A DNA stretch of 64,000 bases from Podarcis erhardii (Eukaryota). The stretch lies in the NCBI GenBank assembly GCA_964252035.1, contig OZ176200.1. One strand, given 5' to 3'. The notes below the pieces were generated by a model. It was not told where the DNA came from, did no database searches, and saw only the letters and a program-made list of their open reading frames with translations. Shown here piece after piece: positions 12,123 to 43,433 of the stretch; position 1 is the first letter of the stretch; each line of letters opens with the position of its first letter. The position numbers were made by a program, and so were the translations under genes.

Positions 12123-14760
12123 AGGGGAATATTTAAACTTGCATTTGAATATAAAAGAATTCTATTTTTCTAGAACTTCGTAAGATAACCACTTGATTTT
12201 GTGATTCTGATTCTTTGTAACTGTCTTCAGAGCAGCCTTGCTAGCATACCTCGTGGAGTATTGTATTTCTGTGAACATACAGCCAATCACTTTCTAGGCT
12301 TAGTTTTTTCTGTGTGCTTAGTTTTAAAACAAATCTTTGAAGGAAAAGGTAAAATGATGCGACTTTAAAAATTTAGGAGGCTTCTGGTCACATTTTGCTG
12401 AATCTATTTTCTGTGCTTGAGGAGACAGCATGTATTCTTTGACTTGAGTAGCCTCAGCAGAAAACACTTGAACTACACTTTCTCCTGATTGTAGCTGCAT
12501 TTTTGCCCTGGCACTTACTGTTTTTTTCCTTCCTGTGTGATTATCAGCCTTTGTCTGCAGTGAAATTTAATCAAAGTTGATGTTGTATTTTGTTAAACCC
12601 TAGCATGCTTAGTTTTTTGTAACTACAGTATCCTCATTAAAATGTGAGATTTTGTTTTTTTTTTTCCTTTAAAAACTCAAATAACGCCCTTGTAAATGTT
12701 TTGCATGTTTCCTGCTGTGTTCTTCACAACCTTGTGTATATAAACACCCTTCGCCTCTGTTTTCTATAGTTTGTGCAAAAACTGAGTAATTCAATAGGTT
12801 TCAGATCTATCCTTTTTTGGATGCCAGACTTGTGGTCATATGTCACGTAATGACATCTCCTGTGCATTTAGACTGCTTTACACGATATCTGCACCTTGCT
12901 CTATCATCACAGCTATTGAAAGGTCTCAGGGGGCTTGATTGCACTGTTCAGGTGGTGGTGGCGGCGGCAGGGATAGAAGGAAAGGTGTGGGGTGTTTGCA
13001 GTAATATTGCTTCTAAGATCCATTGGAGCTAAAGCTCTTTTGGGGTAGCCTTAATTTGTACCTCTTGTTTAATATGTGGCTTGCTTTGTGAGGTTTAGCA
13101 CCATTAAAGCTCAGTGGATGGAAGCTTGATTGCTCTCCAGTCTTTACACTTGAAGTATCATGTTCTGCATATCCCATAGAAGGAATCTGTAAGTTTAGGC
13201 ACAGAACTGCTGACTCTTTCCCCAAGCGACAAGCACAATATAACAGCCTAATAGCTGTTGCCTGAACAGGGTACCAACCCCAGCTCCTTTTCTCAGGGGC
13301 CTTAGCTGGGGGATGATCTCTACAGAGATTTTTTTTTTTCTTAAGTTCTTAAATTGGGTAAGGAGTCATGCAGTCTTTCTTTCTTTTTTTCTGGCCTGAT
13401 GAAGAAATAGCACGGATTATCCTTCTCTGGGAAGCATGCATCAGCCTTCCTGCATAAACGACCTACTGTAGAAGCTGAGACTTAGTACTGGGTTTCACAG
13501 CACCTGCAAGAAACTCCTGTGGTAGGTGCCTAATCACAAGGGGCAAAGGGTTGGGGGAGCTATAAAGGAACTTCAGACAGGAGAAAGGAATGTGAGCAAA
13601 AATTCGTAAAGAGTAGGGGTGTTTGGGAGACCTGTCTCTAGGCCATATGGAGTGTTCTAGTCTTTAGGACAAAAAAAAAATCCTTCTGCATTGTTGGGTG
13701 GGTAATATTTCTCCATGCTTGTTAGATAAATATGCATAGGTAGCTGTTCCCTCAACCTTGTGATCTTCAACTTTTGAGGTTGAGAGTTGCTTGCAAAGAG
13801 ATGATTGCAATATCTGGGTCTACAGCTGTGAGATAGTTGCTCTTAGGCTCACAGTCGCAATGCACAGGGATGTCTGATGGCAGGGAATGTGAGACCCTGC
13901 AGTGTATTGATTAATTTTGCCAATACATTTCTTTACAATGCGCATATAGTTTCATGAGGAACTCTGGGGGAGCCTGTGGAAACAAAAATCTCTGGAGAAA
14001 ACCAAAATGCCAAACGTTGGATGTTCCTTTTCTTCTTTCCTTTCTTTCTTTGGTTGTTTTAATTATTCTGTGGTGGTTTTAATGAATTTGAGACAGTAAC
14101 GCAGCAGCTGCCTTTTATTTCTGGCTGCTTTTTGTGAATAATTTAAAAGAAAAAGAAAATTTACATTTTGGAAACAAACCTGTGGGCTTTTTTATTGGTA
14201 CACACATTGTATTTAACACTAGGGGTTTTGTACAGTTTTTTGGGCTTTTCTACTAGAAAACAATGTAAAGTGATTCACAAATGTGACAAGAAAACAAATT
14301 GCCACTATGACCAAATGTAGAGTCTGTTCTGCAGTAACAGGATTTAATCAACTCAAATTTGTGATTCTGTTGTAGCAATGCTTTTCTTTCCTTGTTTGAG
14401 CTGTTCCTTTTTTCTTGTTTGATTTGCAAAATGTCCTTTTTGTGTGAAATTGTGTTGTACTCTGTAGAAAATTATGGCTTTTACTTTAATGGTTTAAAAA
14501 CAGAAGCACATGTTGCTTTTCTGATCACGGAGTTTGTGTAGTGGATTTAAAAATGAAAGTTTTGTTAAGTTTGGAACAAGCGAGTATGTATTAAGGAATT
14601 TTCTTCCTTTTGTGTGTGGTTTCTTTTTGTCCCACTGGGGAACCTAATGCCGTTTTAATTGCACAGACACACAGACAAGAAGTCATTTTGTATATGCCAA
14701 GTGTGGTACCTCCCTTTGTTTATTTGCTATTAAACTGTTTGAGAAGAATTTTCTGTGTCA
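12123..14760 (+). other. CELF1: CELF1 distal terminal (3'UTR) exon; its 5' boundary lies in the N-gap
   Basis: Sequence right after the gap (AGGGGAATATTTAAACTTGCATTTGAATATAAAA...TAAGATAACCACTTGATTTTGTGATT) resembles the human CELF1 3'UTR as I recall it. ATTAAA at 14729-14734 is followed by a U/GU-rich tract. Confidence 0.7.
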
Positions 14761-14879
14761 TTCTTGTTTTTGCTTGCACATGACTGGCTAGGTGGGTACA
14801 TGAATTCTAGAATATGAGAAGGAGGACTGCTCTGACTGCCAAGACTAGAAGATAGAATAAAATTTCTTAATTGTATAAA

Positions 14880-15013
14880 CATGGGCATAGCCAGGATTTT
14901 TGTTAGTGGGGAGCAGTCTTTTGTTAGGGGGCAGAACCTCAGATATATATTGAAGTTTATTGATTTTGATTGATTTAGGGGAGCAGCTGCCCCTCCCCTT
15001 GGCTATGCCCATG
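14880..15013. mobile_element. hAT MITE (134 bp)
   Basis: TIR CATGGGCATAGCCA / TGGCTATGCCCATG; perfect 8-bp TSD TGTATAAA (14872-14879, 15014-15021). Confidence 0.9.
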
Positions 15014-15217
15014 TGTATAAAACAGTGGCCTAGTGTTCGTAGTACACCTTGTAATCTGTCCTTGGTTCTTTATTTTTCCTTGTCACCCTCTCTTAATTTA
15101 AATTAACCTCTTGCTGATGACTTTTCCTATCTGTGTGTGAGTTTTACTTCCTTTCATGAATGGTAAGTTTGTCAGACTAAGGAGGAGTTCTGTCTAGGCC
15201 TTTCTGGAAAGCTAGTA

Positions 15218-15871
15218 CAGTCATACCTCTGGTTAGATATGCTTCAGGCTGCGTTTTTTTGGGTTGCAGACCACCAAAACCAGGAAGTACCAGAATGGGT
15301 TACTTCCGGGTTTCAGCAGTCGCACATGCGCTAAAGAAAGAATGGAAAATTATAGTTTATTAAGAAAAGATATAAGGATAAAAATAAGATGAAGGATTTG
15401 CTGAAATACCTATATGAATTAGAATACAAAGAGGGAAATTATAGTATGCTAAGTTAAATTATTAGGATAAAAACAAAGTTGGAAGGATTTGCTGGAATAT
15501 TTAATTGAATTAGAATACAAAGATGGGAGGCGTGAGGAAGTCAAGGAAACAAGTGAATGTAACTAAGTGAGTTAAAGGTTTGACTTGTTTTTACTTCTTT
15601 TTTCTGTTTTTTGAGGATGTTTTTCTTTTCTTTTTTCTTCTTTTTATATGTACTTTTTTTTCTTTTTTTCTTCTTCTTCGATTGTTATCTTTGTAATTTT
15701 TTTTCTGTAACCTTTAAAATTTTAATAAAAATTCATTAAAAAAATTAAATAAATCGCGCTTTGCACATGCACAGAAGCACCGAATTGCAACCCACACATG
15801 TGCAGATGCGACGCTGCAGGTTGCGAATGTGCACCCCGCACGGATCACGTTCACAACCCGAGCGTCCACTG
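15218..15871. mobile_element. Mariner-type MITE interrupted by a LINE-like 3' fragment
   Basis: TA|CAGTCATACCTC ... GAGCGTCCACTG|TA; the left arm matches the 474-667 element. Confidence 0.75.
15332..15753 (+). mobile_element. Probable L1-type 3'UTR fragment
   Basis: AT-rich, internal direct repeat (AAGGATTTGCTG...GAATTAGAATACAAAG x2), U-rich tract, AATAAA 15724-15729, A-rich tail. Confidence 0.55.
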
Positions 15872-17983
15872 TACATCAAATGCAGTCATGCCCCAGAGTT
15901 CGTTTGGAGGGATACAAAGAACGGCGTTGCTCTTTGCCCACAGCAGTTGGAATACTTGATGTGAGTGTGGTCGCATGTACACTTACCTTTCCCTGTCTGT
16001 ATGCCGGATTTTTTCAGTCCAGTGATTCATTAAGCCTTGGCATTTTATATTCTGACAATGGCTATTCCAATGCCACAAAGAAGTACATAAGTGAAGCAAG
16101 AAGGTGATATTTCCTCCTTTGTCTTTCATCTCCACAGCCTATTAGAAATGGGTATAACATTTCTATATATAGACTTTGACAGGGCTACGTACAAGCTACC
16201 TCTGCTAGTAGCCACTGATGTATCTGTTCTCCATGTTTTGTATTAAAGCAATTATAATAGGCCATCACAACATTGCTTCATCGCATAAGGCAGTATTTTT
16301 TCAAATATGCTGGTTATGACTAATTTAATGTCCTAACTCTTATGGTCTTATAATTCTCATTAATGTCTACTGGTGATTTTATAACCATCTAAAGTAAAAT
16401 ATTACAGATGGTTAAACCCCTACTTATAAGAAAATATACTCCCATCCCCCTGATCATACTAGATGAACTCTGCTATAACTTATTTGTTTTGTTAGATGAG
16501 GCAGTGTATAGCATAAGAATCGCTTTGCCAGTTCAGGCATCTCTAACAAACAAGCACATCCTTAGTACGGATACACAATAAACTTGTATAATGACACTCT
16601 GTTGCTTGCTGTTTTTTCCCCATCTGTTCCCTCATTTCAGATACTGCATTTGCTTCTTGTAATGCCACAGCAACTCATATTTGTTTTCAGAGTGCTTTCT
16701 ACTATAACTCATCTTTAGTAAGTAGTTAGCCATTTCATAACCCCTATCAGTATTCATGTACAAATAGGATCATACATCCTGCAAGTGAACAATTCTGATT
16801 TGCATTGAATTTGTTGGTCTGGAGACCACCTGTAATTTTATTGTGCTGATTACTGCACCCTCTGCTTCAAATCACTACCAAGTTCTCAATTTATTGAAAA
16901 ATGGATGTTAAACCAGCTGTTTTCTTTTACAAAATGGCTTTCAGTACATTGTAGGTGCTCTCCAGAAATGTAAAACAAAGTGGACTCTTTTGCAACAAAA
17001 TGACTTGCATAAAAATATGAGTATTTGGCAGAATTTCATTTAGAAGCCAGTTGGGACATAAGGAATCATGCCCTTAAGGAAAGTACAGTTGAAATGAAAC
17101 ATCTTACTTTTCTTAGAATCAGGGTTTTCTTGTTTGAACAATTTAGGAGGTATTAATAGTTTTTCCTCTTACTGGATCAACACCTTCAAACATTTTTAAA
17201 GCAATGTTGTCAATTTAATTACTGTAACGGTGACTGTAAGGTAGTAATTATTCAGTCATGCATTCTTCCAGTGCAGCCTTTTATGCATACAGCAGAGGGT
17301 TGTATCACCTTTTTGTGGTACACAAAACAGCAGAAAAACTAATAGCTGTTGAAAGTCCAAGAAGTGTGAGTAGAAGATGGAGGAAGCAACTGAATGACCC
17401 ATTTCCCTTCAGTGAAAAATGGGAATAAAGCATCATTATGCTCACTGTGTGTTATTACCAATGTGAAGCTGTATTGCTTGTATAAAAGAAGATCAGCTGA
17501 AACCAGGCCAGTGTATTAAAACAGTCTGGCTGTAGTATTCATTTTCTGTCGTCCTACCTTGGCTGCATGTTCAGTTGTTGGAGGTCAAAGGGGCACACTG
17601 GTTGCCTGATGTGAATTTTTTCCCCAGCTCTCCTAATCCACTAAAAAAACCAAAACATCTTGGGGGTCACAAAAAGATTTTGGAGAGACTATCTGTGGCC
17701 TATAGGCTAAGAGTTTGCCACCCCTGCACTGAGGTAAAGAGTTCTGCATGTGCATAGCACCACCTACTGAAAAAGCTGGCCTTCGCAGTTCAGCCATTTT
17801 CATTAATGCTGTGAGAGATGGAGAAACTTGTGTCTTTTTCTTCGAGTTTCTTCTAGACCTATTAGTATAGTTATCTCTTGTGAACATGCTACTAAGAATT
17901 TTCTACCACTATGCATGTGGCCCTAATTCAGCTAGTAACTAGTCAACCACTGGAGTCCAAGAATTCCAGGATTTTGCTCACAG

Positions 17984-18215
17984 GACTATTAGATCAGACC
18001 AAAGGCCCATCTAGTCCAGCATCCCTTTTCTCATAGTGACCAGCCAGATACCTTTGGGAAGCCCACAGCCAGGACTTGAGCACAATAGTGCTCCCTCACT
18101 CATAATTGCAAGCAACTGGTATTAAGAGGCATACTGCCTCAGATATGATAGTTAGTCGTAGCCACCATAACTAGTAGCCACTGACAGCCTTAGGCTCCAT
18201 GAATATATCTCATTT
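17984..18215 (-). mobile_element. L2-superfamily 3' fragment
   Basis: GATCAGACCAAAGGCCCATCTAGTCCAGCATCC, the reverse of the tail at about 1800-1850. Confidence 0.65.
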
Positions 18216-18315
18216 GTATTAATTTGTACACTAATACAACACCTTCAGTAAAATATGGATGTGCCACAATCTGTCATGCTGAGTACCAGTCGTAGCTATT
18301 TTTGTCACGTGCGTA

Positions 18316-18593
18316 CAGTGGTGCCTCGCAAGACGAAAAGAATCCGTTCCGCGAGTCTCTTCGTCTAGCTGTTTTTTCGTCTTGCAAAGCAAGCCCGTTG
18401 ACGGCTTAGCGGATTAGCGCTATTAGCGGCTTTTAGCGGATAAGCGGCTTAGCGGCTTAGGGGGAAAAGAGGGGGAAAAACCCACAGGAACTCGCAAGAC
18501 ATTTTCGTTTTGCGAAGCGCCTCCAAAACGGAAAACTCTTTCGTCTAGCGAGTTTTCCGTCTTGCGAGGCATTCGTCTTGCGGACCACCACTG
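18316..18593. mobile_element. Young mariner-type MITE (278 bp)
   Basis: TA|CAGTGGTGCCTCGCAAGACGAA ... TTCGTCTTGCGGACCACCACTG|TA; CpGs retained. Confidence 0.88.
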
Positions 18594-19758
18594 TATCTGT
18601 ACTTACATAAAATAGTTTTTGTAATGTAGGGTTTCCCCCCATGAATGCATTCATTGAGAGGCTGATAACAGGAACTGACTCTCCATTGTGCACTGGGCCA
18701 ACCAGCAGTTTCCTCGTTACAAAACACATGCTTTCATACAAGTATGGACCGGAGAATACCAAAATACAATGTTAGGATTGGTTCCAAGTTCCCTAAGCTC
18801 AGCTTTACACTTTCATGAAAAAGGTCCTAATTAAGTTCATAGCTGGCAAATAATGTTTCGGAGCAACTTCAAATGTTACACTTTAAAATGTACATCTAAG
18901 ATAAAGTGTGTTCCTAAATATTAAGAGGATGAGTGCCACAAATACACATAGCAGAGATGTTCACTCATTAGGGAGCTGTGACTGTCAACAGCCCTCTTAG
19001 GAATGTATGTTATGTGGCAATCTGAGGTTTAATGTGCAAAATGATCCTCAGTGTTAAATCCTTCTGCATTTAATACTCAGGTTTCCAAGATGTGTGTTTG
19101 GAATCCTAAAGAAGGCAGCGTTCTTGGCCATTGTGCTTAACAAGCACCACGCATCTCATCTCACGGCTAGGCTACTCTTAAACCCTTAGTGCTCTTAAAG
19201 TCTGTTTAATGCTAGAATGGAAATGGATGAAAGCCTTAATTTGCTAGACCACAGCAGCAAAGGATGCCTTCTCTGGTATATTTATAAAAGCAACGTAGAG
19301 GGAAGGACAGCGGCTGCCTCTGGCTTGCTTTCTGACCTTGGGAGTTACCAAGACTGGCATTCCTGTGAAGTCATGTGACCCGGATTGGCAGGCACAGCTG
19401 TCACCAATGGAGGGGAGGGGCACAGGAGTGGCCATTCCGATTGAATTTCACTCCAGCCACTTGAGATTTTTCTCTTCTTTTCTTGCAGTGGTTTTTTTTG
19501 TCTTCCACCTCTTTTGTTCATTGATTTGGGTTTTAGAAAGTTCTAGCAGGACAGCAGCACCCAAGATGCTAGCCTAGAATATTAGGATGGTTGCCCTAAG
19601 ACCTTGGTGGCCACACTTGCCATCTCCTGCTGACATTCCTTCATCTGAATCGTCCGAGGTTCCTGTGGTCCAGAGCTTCCGAATGGTAAAATCTGCCTTT
19701 CAGTTTTAGCACCAACTTTGTTGTGTTTCACGGTGTGTCTGCTGTCCTGGCAGGTTAG

Positions 19759-30641
<10,883 letters not shown>

Positions 30642-31572
30642 TCCATGATTTAAGAGAGCTCAATCGATATGTGTCAAATAGCTGGAACATTTTAGGCTCA
30701 TGGTATGGAGATGGGGAACCAATGGGTAGGAAGAGGGTCTCCTGCAGACTGGATGCAACATGTGGACCTAGTTCTCTGCTCCCTGATGTTCCACACATCT
30801 GAGTTGTGGATGTCTACCTGGAGTTCTCTGACATCTCTTTCCTCAAAACCAGTTATCACAACCAATATGTCACCTCTGTTCTTTGAAAGGAGTTGGTTAG
30901 CATGTCTTCCTACGATCCCAGTCCTCTCATTCTCATGTTCTGCTGCTTCTGGTAGTTTCTACCAGGTCCAGTTCTGACACTCATACCACACACCTTGTTT
31001 TTATTCATTCCTTGTGGGGGGGAAAATTATCATGACAACACACTGTACTTGGATGATGTAGCTATGGAGAGGTACCAGCCATTTCCCAAGTACCGCTATA
31101 AGTTACTTCCTCATGGCATGTATTGGATGCCTAGCAGCAGTTCCCTGTATATACTTTGGGAAATTAATATGATATCCGTAATATAAAATAGGATCCTTTG
31201 ATGAGCTCACCTGACTTATCAAATTCAAGCTTCTTTTGCCTTAGAATGTTCAGCTCTGTGACGTCTCCACCTGTCTTTCAGCAATGTGTTTGTGTCTGCC
31301 AGTGTGCTTGGGATTCTGCCCAGAGTATTGGATTTATTTGGCTTGAGAGCCGCTCTATTCTGCTCCTGCAGAAAATCTAATTGCTGCATGGACTACAAAG
31401 GGAAAGCCTCTTGGGCCAGGGTGGGGAAAGGTGCTTGTTGGGGGGATGTTTCTTTTGTTTTATTCGTTTGCTATAGTATTGTGATGTTACACAAGCAGAA
31501 GCAGTTACCTGTCTGCAATTATGTTGTCTTCAGTATATTTATACATTTGGTAAAACTATTTATACTGGAATC

Positions 31573-31578
31573 AATAAA
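31573..31578 (+). terminator. RAPSN: Likely RAPSN polyadenylation signal AATAAA
   Basis: AATAAA about 930 nt after the stop; ATTAAA near 31655 is an alternative. Confidence 0.5.
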
Positions 31579-33959
31579 GTTGTATCAGCCAACGACTCAG
31601 TATTTTCAAATTACCTTGACACAGTTGTCTCTCCCACCACCACCGCCCACAAACATTAAAAGCAGTTTTTAACCGAGTAATGCATGCTGTAGTTAGCATC
31701 CTTTTTTATTAATATACTGTTGCATTTTGTGTTCCTATCAAAACAACAACAACAACAAGAAGAAAACCAGAATGTAGAGGGAAGGGAATGGCATCATTTT
31801 TAATGCAAGACCTATTTGAGGAGAAATGGAAAAGGCTTGTGAGCAACCCTAAGTGCAGATGAGGGAATAAATCAGTATGTTTGTTAGGGTTTTTGTGAAT
31901 TTCTTATGCTATGTGTGTGCAGAATCTTAGCAGATTTCACAAGAATCCTGCTTTTTCACTGCCAGCTGTCTTTGGTTTGATGGCAAGTTGACTTGGGAGA
32001 TGGCTGGAGGAGGAGAGATTCTATTTTCTACAGATTACAGTTGACTTTGGGATCCCTTCTGTACAGTCCTACAGGAGTTTATAAACAGCAAAAGTTCTTA
32101 CCAAAAGCACATTTTAAAGGCTACGCCCCTCATCCCTAAGGCAGCATAGGAGTTGCATCATGAATGACGACTTGGACCCTGATCTATATGTAGCATGCTA
32201 GATTAAATGTACCTGTGTTTTATAGCTTTCCAGAAGACACATTTCACAAAGACTGCAATCCTAAGCACCTTTGTTGTGAGGTCCCACTGAACTCAGTGGG
32301 ATTTACTTTTGAGAAAATATGCTTACAGTTGCATAGTATGTGAGGAATGGCATTGAGAACCTTCTTTCCCCCTAGTAAATGCAATGAAAGACTATTAAGC
32401 AACAAGCTTATAAGCAATAAGCAACAGGCTTATCAAGCAACTAGTGAAGACAGACACACTGGAAAGTCATTTCAGGTCTTTAGTTTATTTTTCTAGCTGT
32501 TTGTTATAATATAGCAGAAAAACCACAATTCAAGACCATTGTCTTCAATAGATCTGACTGCTTTTGGCTATCACAAATTGATAAGGCTGAAAATGAAACA
32601 GGTGAGAATGTGATGCATTAAATGCACAAGCTCTGTGATATGGAGCTTATTTAAGTGAATGTATTCATTGCATTATTATATATAGTATTGAATAACTGAA
32701 TTAATGTACTCATATTACACATCAATTCAAGTTGTTCCTAACATGTCAGCAGAGGCAGTTAAGCAGAGGTAGGTTTAAGACAGAGCGTTTGCATTTTGTA
32801 AGCAGTTTGCCACACAACTAAATAGGTAAAAGCTAGAGCAAGGTGTGCTTTTAAAAACCTTTCAATTTATACTGAATACTAAATTGAGGTTAAAGGTAGC
32901 AGCAAGGTACCAGGCTTTGCCAAGCTGTGCCCACTAGATGTAAAAACAAAAAACAACTTTCAGCAATGTTTTCAAACTTGCCTTATGTGAAAAAATGTGG
33001 TGTGTGTGTTTTTTTTATTAGGTTGTTCTGAAAGGGTTTCCTGTACAAGGAAGAGGGGACCTGTACAATGACATGTTAATGTTGCTATATTGCAAATAAG
33101 CAAGCTCAGGCTTTATTAGGATTTATACCCTATCTTTCAATAAATTATCAGGGTGCTGGCTTACAATAAATGTTATTAGCATGGGTTGTGGAGGGAGGAG
33201 AGCTGAGGCTGAGAGAGTGGCTTGCAACAATCTCCTAGCATGATGTCACCCATTATTAATAATCCATCCTGCCGATGTGATGGTGGCATGCTGCGAGAGA
33301 CAGTGGTTTATATGACAACCCTCTAATGAAGTCCACTTTTAGCATCCCCATATTGCAGACTGCGTGAGAATTTTAACCAAGTGTGGGTCACGATCTCCAC
33401 CTATCTGATGGGGGACTGAGTGAGAACGACCTGGCAGTGGTCTTTGTTGTTGAAACATGACTCGGATCCCGGTCTCAACTGCTCTATTACACAGTAAAGA
33501 CATTCTACGTAGATAGCGGCGATGGCAAAGGAGAAGAGACGCTGTCAATTAACTGAGCACTTTAAAGGGAAAGTTCACAGTTAACTGACTGCCTGAATAT
33601 TATATCCCTAAAAGGCTTTAAAGCTAAGCTGGCCTCCGGACTCGTTCTTCCCCCGTCTCTCTCCTTCCCTGTTGCTGGCCCCCGTTTTCCAGCCCTGCCA
33701 GCAAACGGTATATAACAACCTCGTTTAATGAACTTGTTATGTCAACCACACGCTTAGGTGGGGACGAGGCAGCATACTGTTAAGAATAAAAAGCTTGCAT
33801 CGGGTTCTTATAGCTAAGAAAAACCTAGCTGAGCTGTCCATTCCCTCGTTCATATACGCGCAAAATAATACCAGGCGCATTTGTGCTTGTTTACCCGCAG
33901 TGTAAAACCGAAATCGAACTGAGGACTAGGGGAAGGGTGCTCCTCCTTGGGTTTTTATC

Positions 33960-41703
<7,744 letters not shown>

Positions 41704-41801
41704 TTCTTGTACCTGAAGCTAATTATTCAGGCTTTGGCTGAGAAACCAGGATCAAGAGTTGGATCTGGAACTTTCTTACTTTCTATTACCTGATGGGCTA
41801 A

Positions 41802-41807
41802 AATAAA
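41802..41807 (+). terminator. PSMC3: PSMC3 polyadenylation signal AATAAA
   Basis: AATAAA about 100 nt after TGA. Confidence 0.7.
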
Positions 41808-43298
41808 GCATTTGCTTTGACTAGGGCAGCTGTTATGTTGCTACACCTTGAAGAAAAAGAATTACCTTCGTGGAATGGTACCCTTGTGCATGTATGAGGC
41901 ATATGTCTTCCTTTTAACCCCTTAAAAACACCAAAATTTGCACAAAGAACCCAAATTTGTCATTTGCTGTTTGTGTGATTGAATTCTTAAGCTTTTAAAA
42001 AATTACTCCTTCACCACAGCATTCCAGTTCCTGCTGATGTATGCTTACACCCCCTACAGAGCATTTAAACTGAAGGTACAGGTATACGAAAGTCCCCTAG
42101 AGGGTGTAAGGTTGCACCAATCAACCTGCTTATTCTCTGGAAGTAATTTTTATTTGAGGCAAAACTTGTCCCATACACACATTAGGCTTTGTGGACAGGA
42201 ACAAGATCAACAGCTGGGATTACGAGGCCGGCTGCCAAATAAATGACATTCCTGTCTCCCTGTATCGTCAGCTGCATGACAGGGTTTCTCCAGCAGCTGT
42301 GGTTGTGTAGAAGTGCAGAAAATTAATGTCAGCCTCTCTTAATGAGATCCAAAAGGCTGAGAATCTCCAGCTTCTCACTGGACCCAAGCCTTTTAATTTA
42401 ATGCCTCTTGAAACTTACAACTTCCATTTAAAAATCACACTTTCCATGAATACATTGACTTTAGCACTGAGTTATTAATTACATGCCACTTAAAAATACA
42501 ATGTAAACAGCCCTCCAAAAAAGGCTTCTGTGTAGTCTTTTGAGGAGACAGAAAAGGAGTACAATGAGGAAAGACCAGTTCCTCCCCTTCAGCACCATTG
42601 TTGATGTTCCTGAGTTAGGCCCAGCTCTCGTTGTTCACGTGTGTACTGAGTCCATTTAATAAAAAGTGCTTCCTTTTCTGTTAGAAGAGGATGCTACCAA
42701 GCGGGCTGTCTTTTCAAGTTTCTGTGCTCATTATCCAAAATGGTAAAGTTCTACACTCAGCCTGGAAGGATTTGAAGCAGCTTGCAAATCTCATTTGCCT
42801 ATTACAGCAGTTGCTATGACAACACCATTTCTAGGATGGGAGCCCTGGTCCACTTTCTTGCCTCAACCAGAAACCTGTTGTTTTGCTCTTTGTGTTACCT
42901 CAAGCAGGAATATCACACGTGACTAAATAACTTAATTAGGTTCAGCCACCCCTGCCATCCCCAAAAATGCTTTTCTGTATGCGTGTGAGTTATCTTGACA
43001 CTAACTCAGGCCTGATGCCTTCGTGGAAGAATTCCTCAAGCACTGAAGTCTCATTTATTTGCTGCTTGCTCTAACTCCCTATGTGTTATCCCAGAAGTAA
43101 CCTTTCATGAGCTACTGCTATACATATTTGGCTCCCAGAACTGGCATAGGTTAGATACTGTGTGGTCCAGAGGAAGAACTTGCTAATGTTCCTGTCTGAA
43201 TGTCTATAAAGCCCCCACTTAAGCTGGTGTCAAAGGCTGAAGCAGTAGGCTGTGTTAAGCCTGTAACAGCATCAGGTCCCTGCTGCAGAAGAGAATCA

Positions 43299-43433
43299 GT
43301 AGGATAGCTCAGTTGGTTAGAGCGTGGTGCTGATAACACCAAGGTTGCGGGTTCAATCCCTATATGGGACAGCTGCATATTCAGGTTGGACTAGATGATC
43401 CTCAGGGTCCCTTCCAACTCTATGATTCTATGA
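43299..43433 (+). mobile_element. tRNA(Ile)-headed SINE with CR1 tail (POM-SINE/Squam2-like)
   Basis: A box TAGCTCAGTTGG, B box GGTTCAATCC, then GGTTGGACTAGATGATCC...CCTTCCAACTCTATGATTCTATGA. Confidence 0.82.

Noticed and set aside
11682-12183. ORFs spanning the N-gap
   Set aside because: Artefacts of N translation.
16140-16560. Possible old LINE remnant ending in AATAAA
   Set aside because: Could not assign a family or boundaries by eye.
18401-18460. Short tandem repeats as CRISPR-like or telomeric array
   Set aside because: No repeat-spacer structure, not TTAGGG, and internal to a MITE in a eukaryote.
43299-43372. Apparent tRNA-Ile(GAT) gene
   Set aside because: Acceptor stem does not pair, there is no Pol III T-run terminator, and it continues into a CR1 tail, so it is a SINE head.
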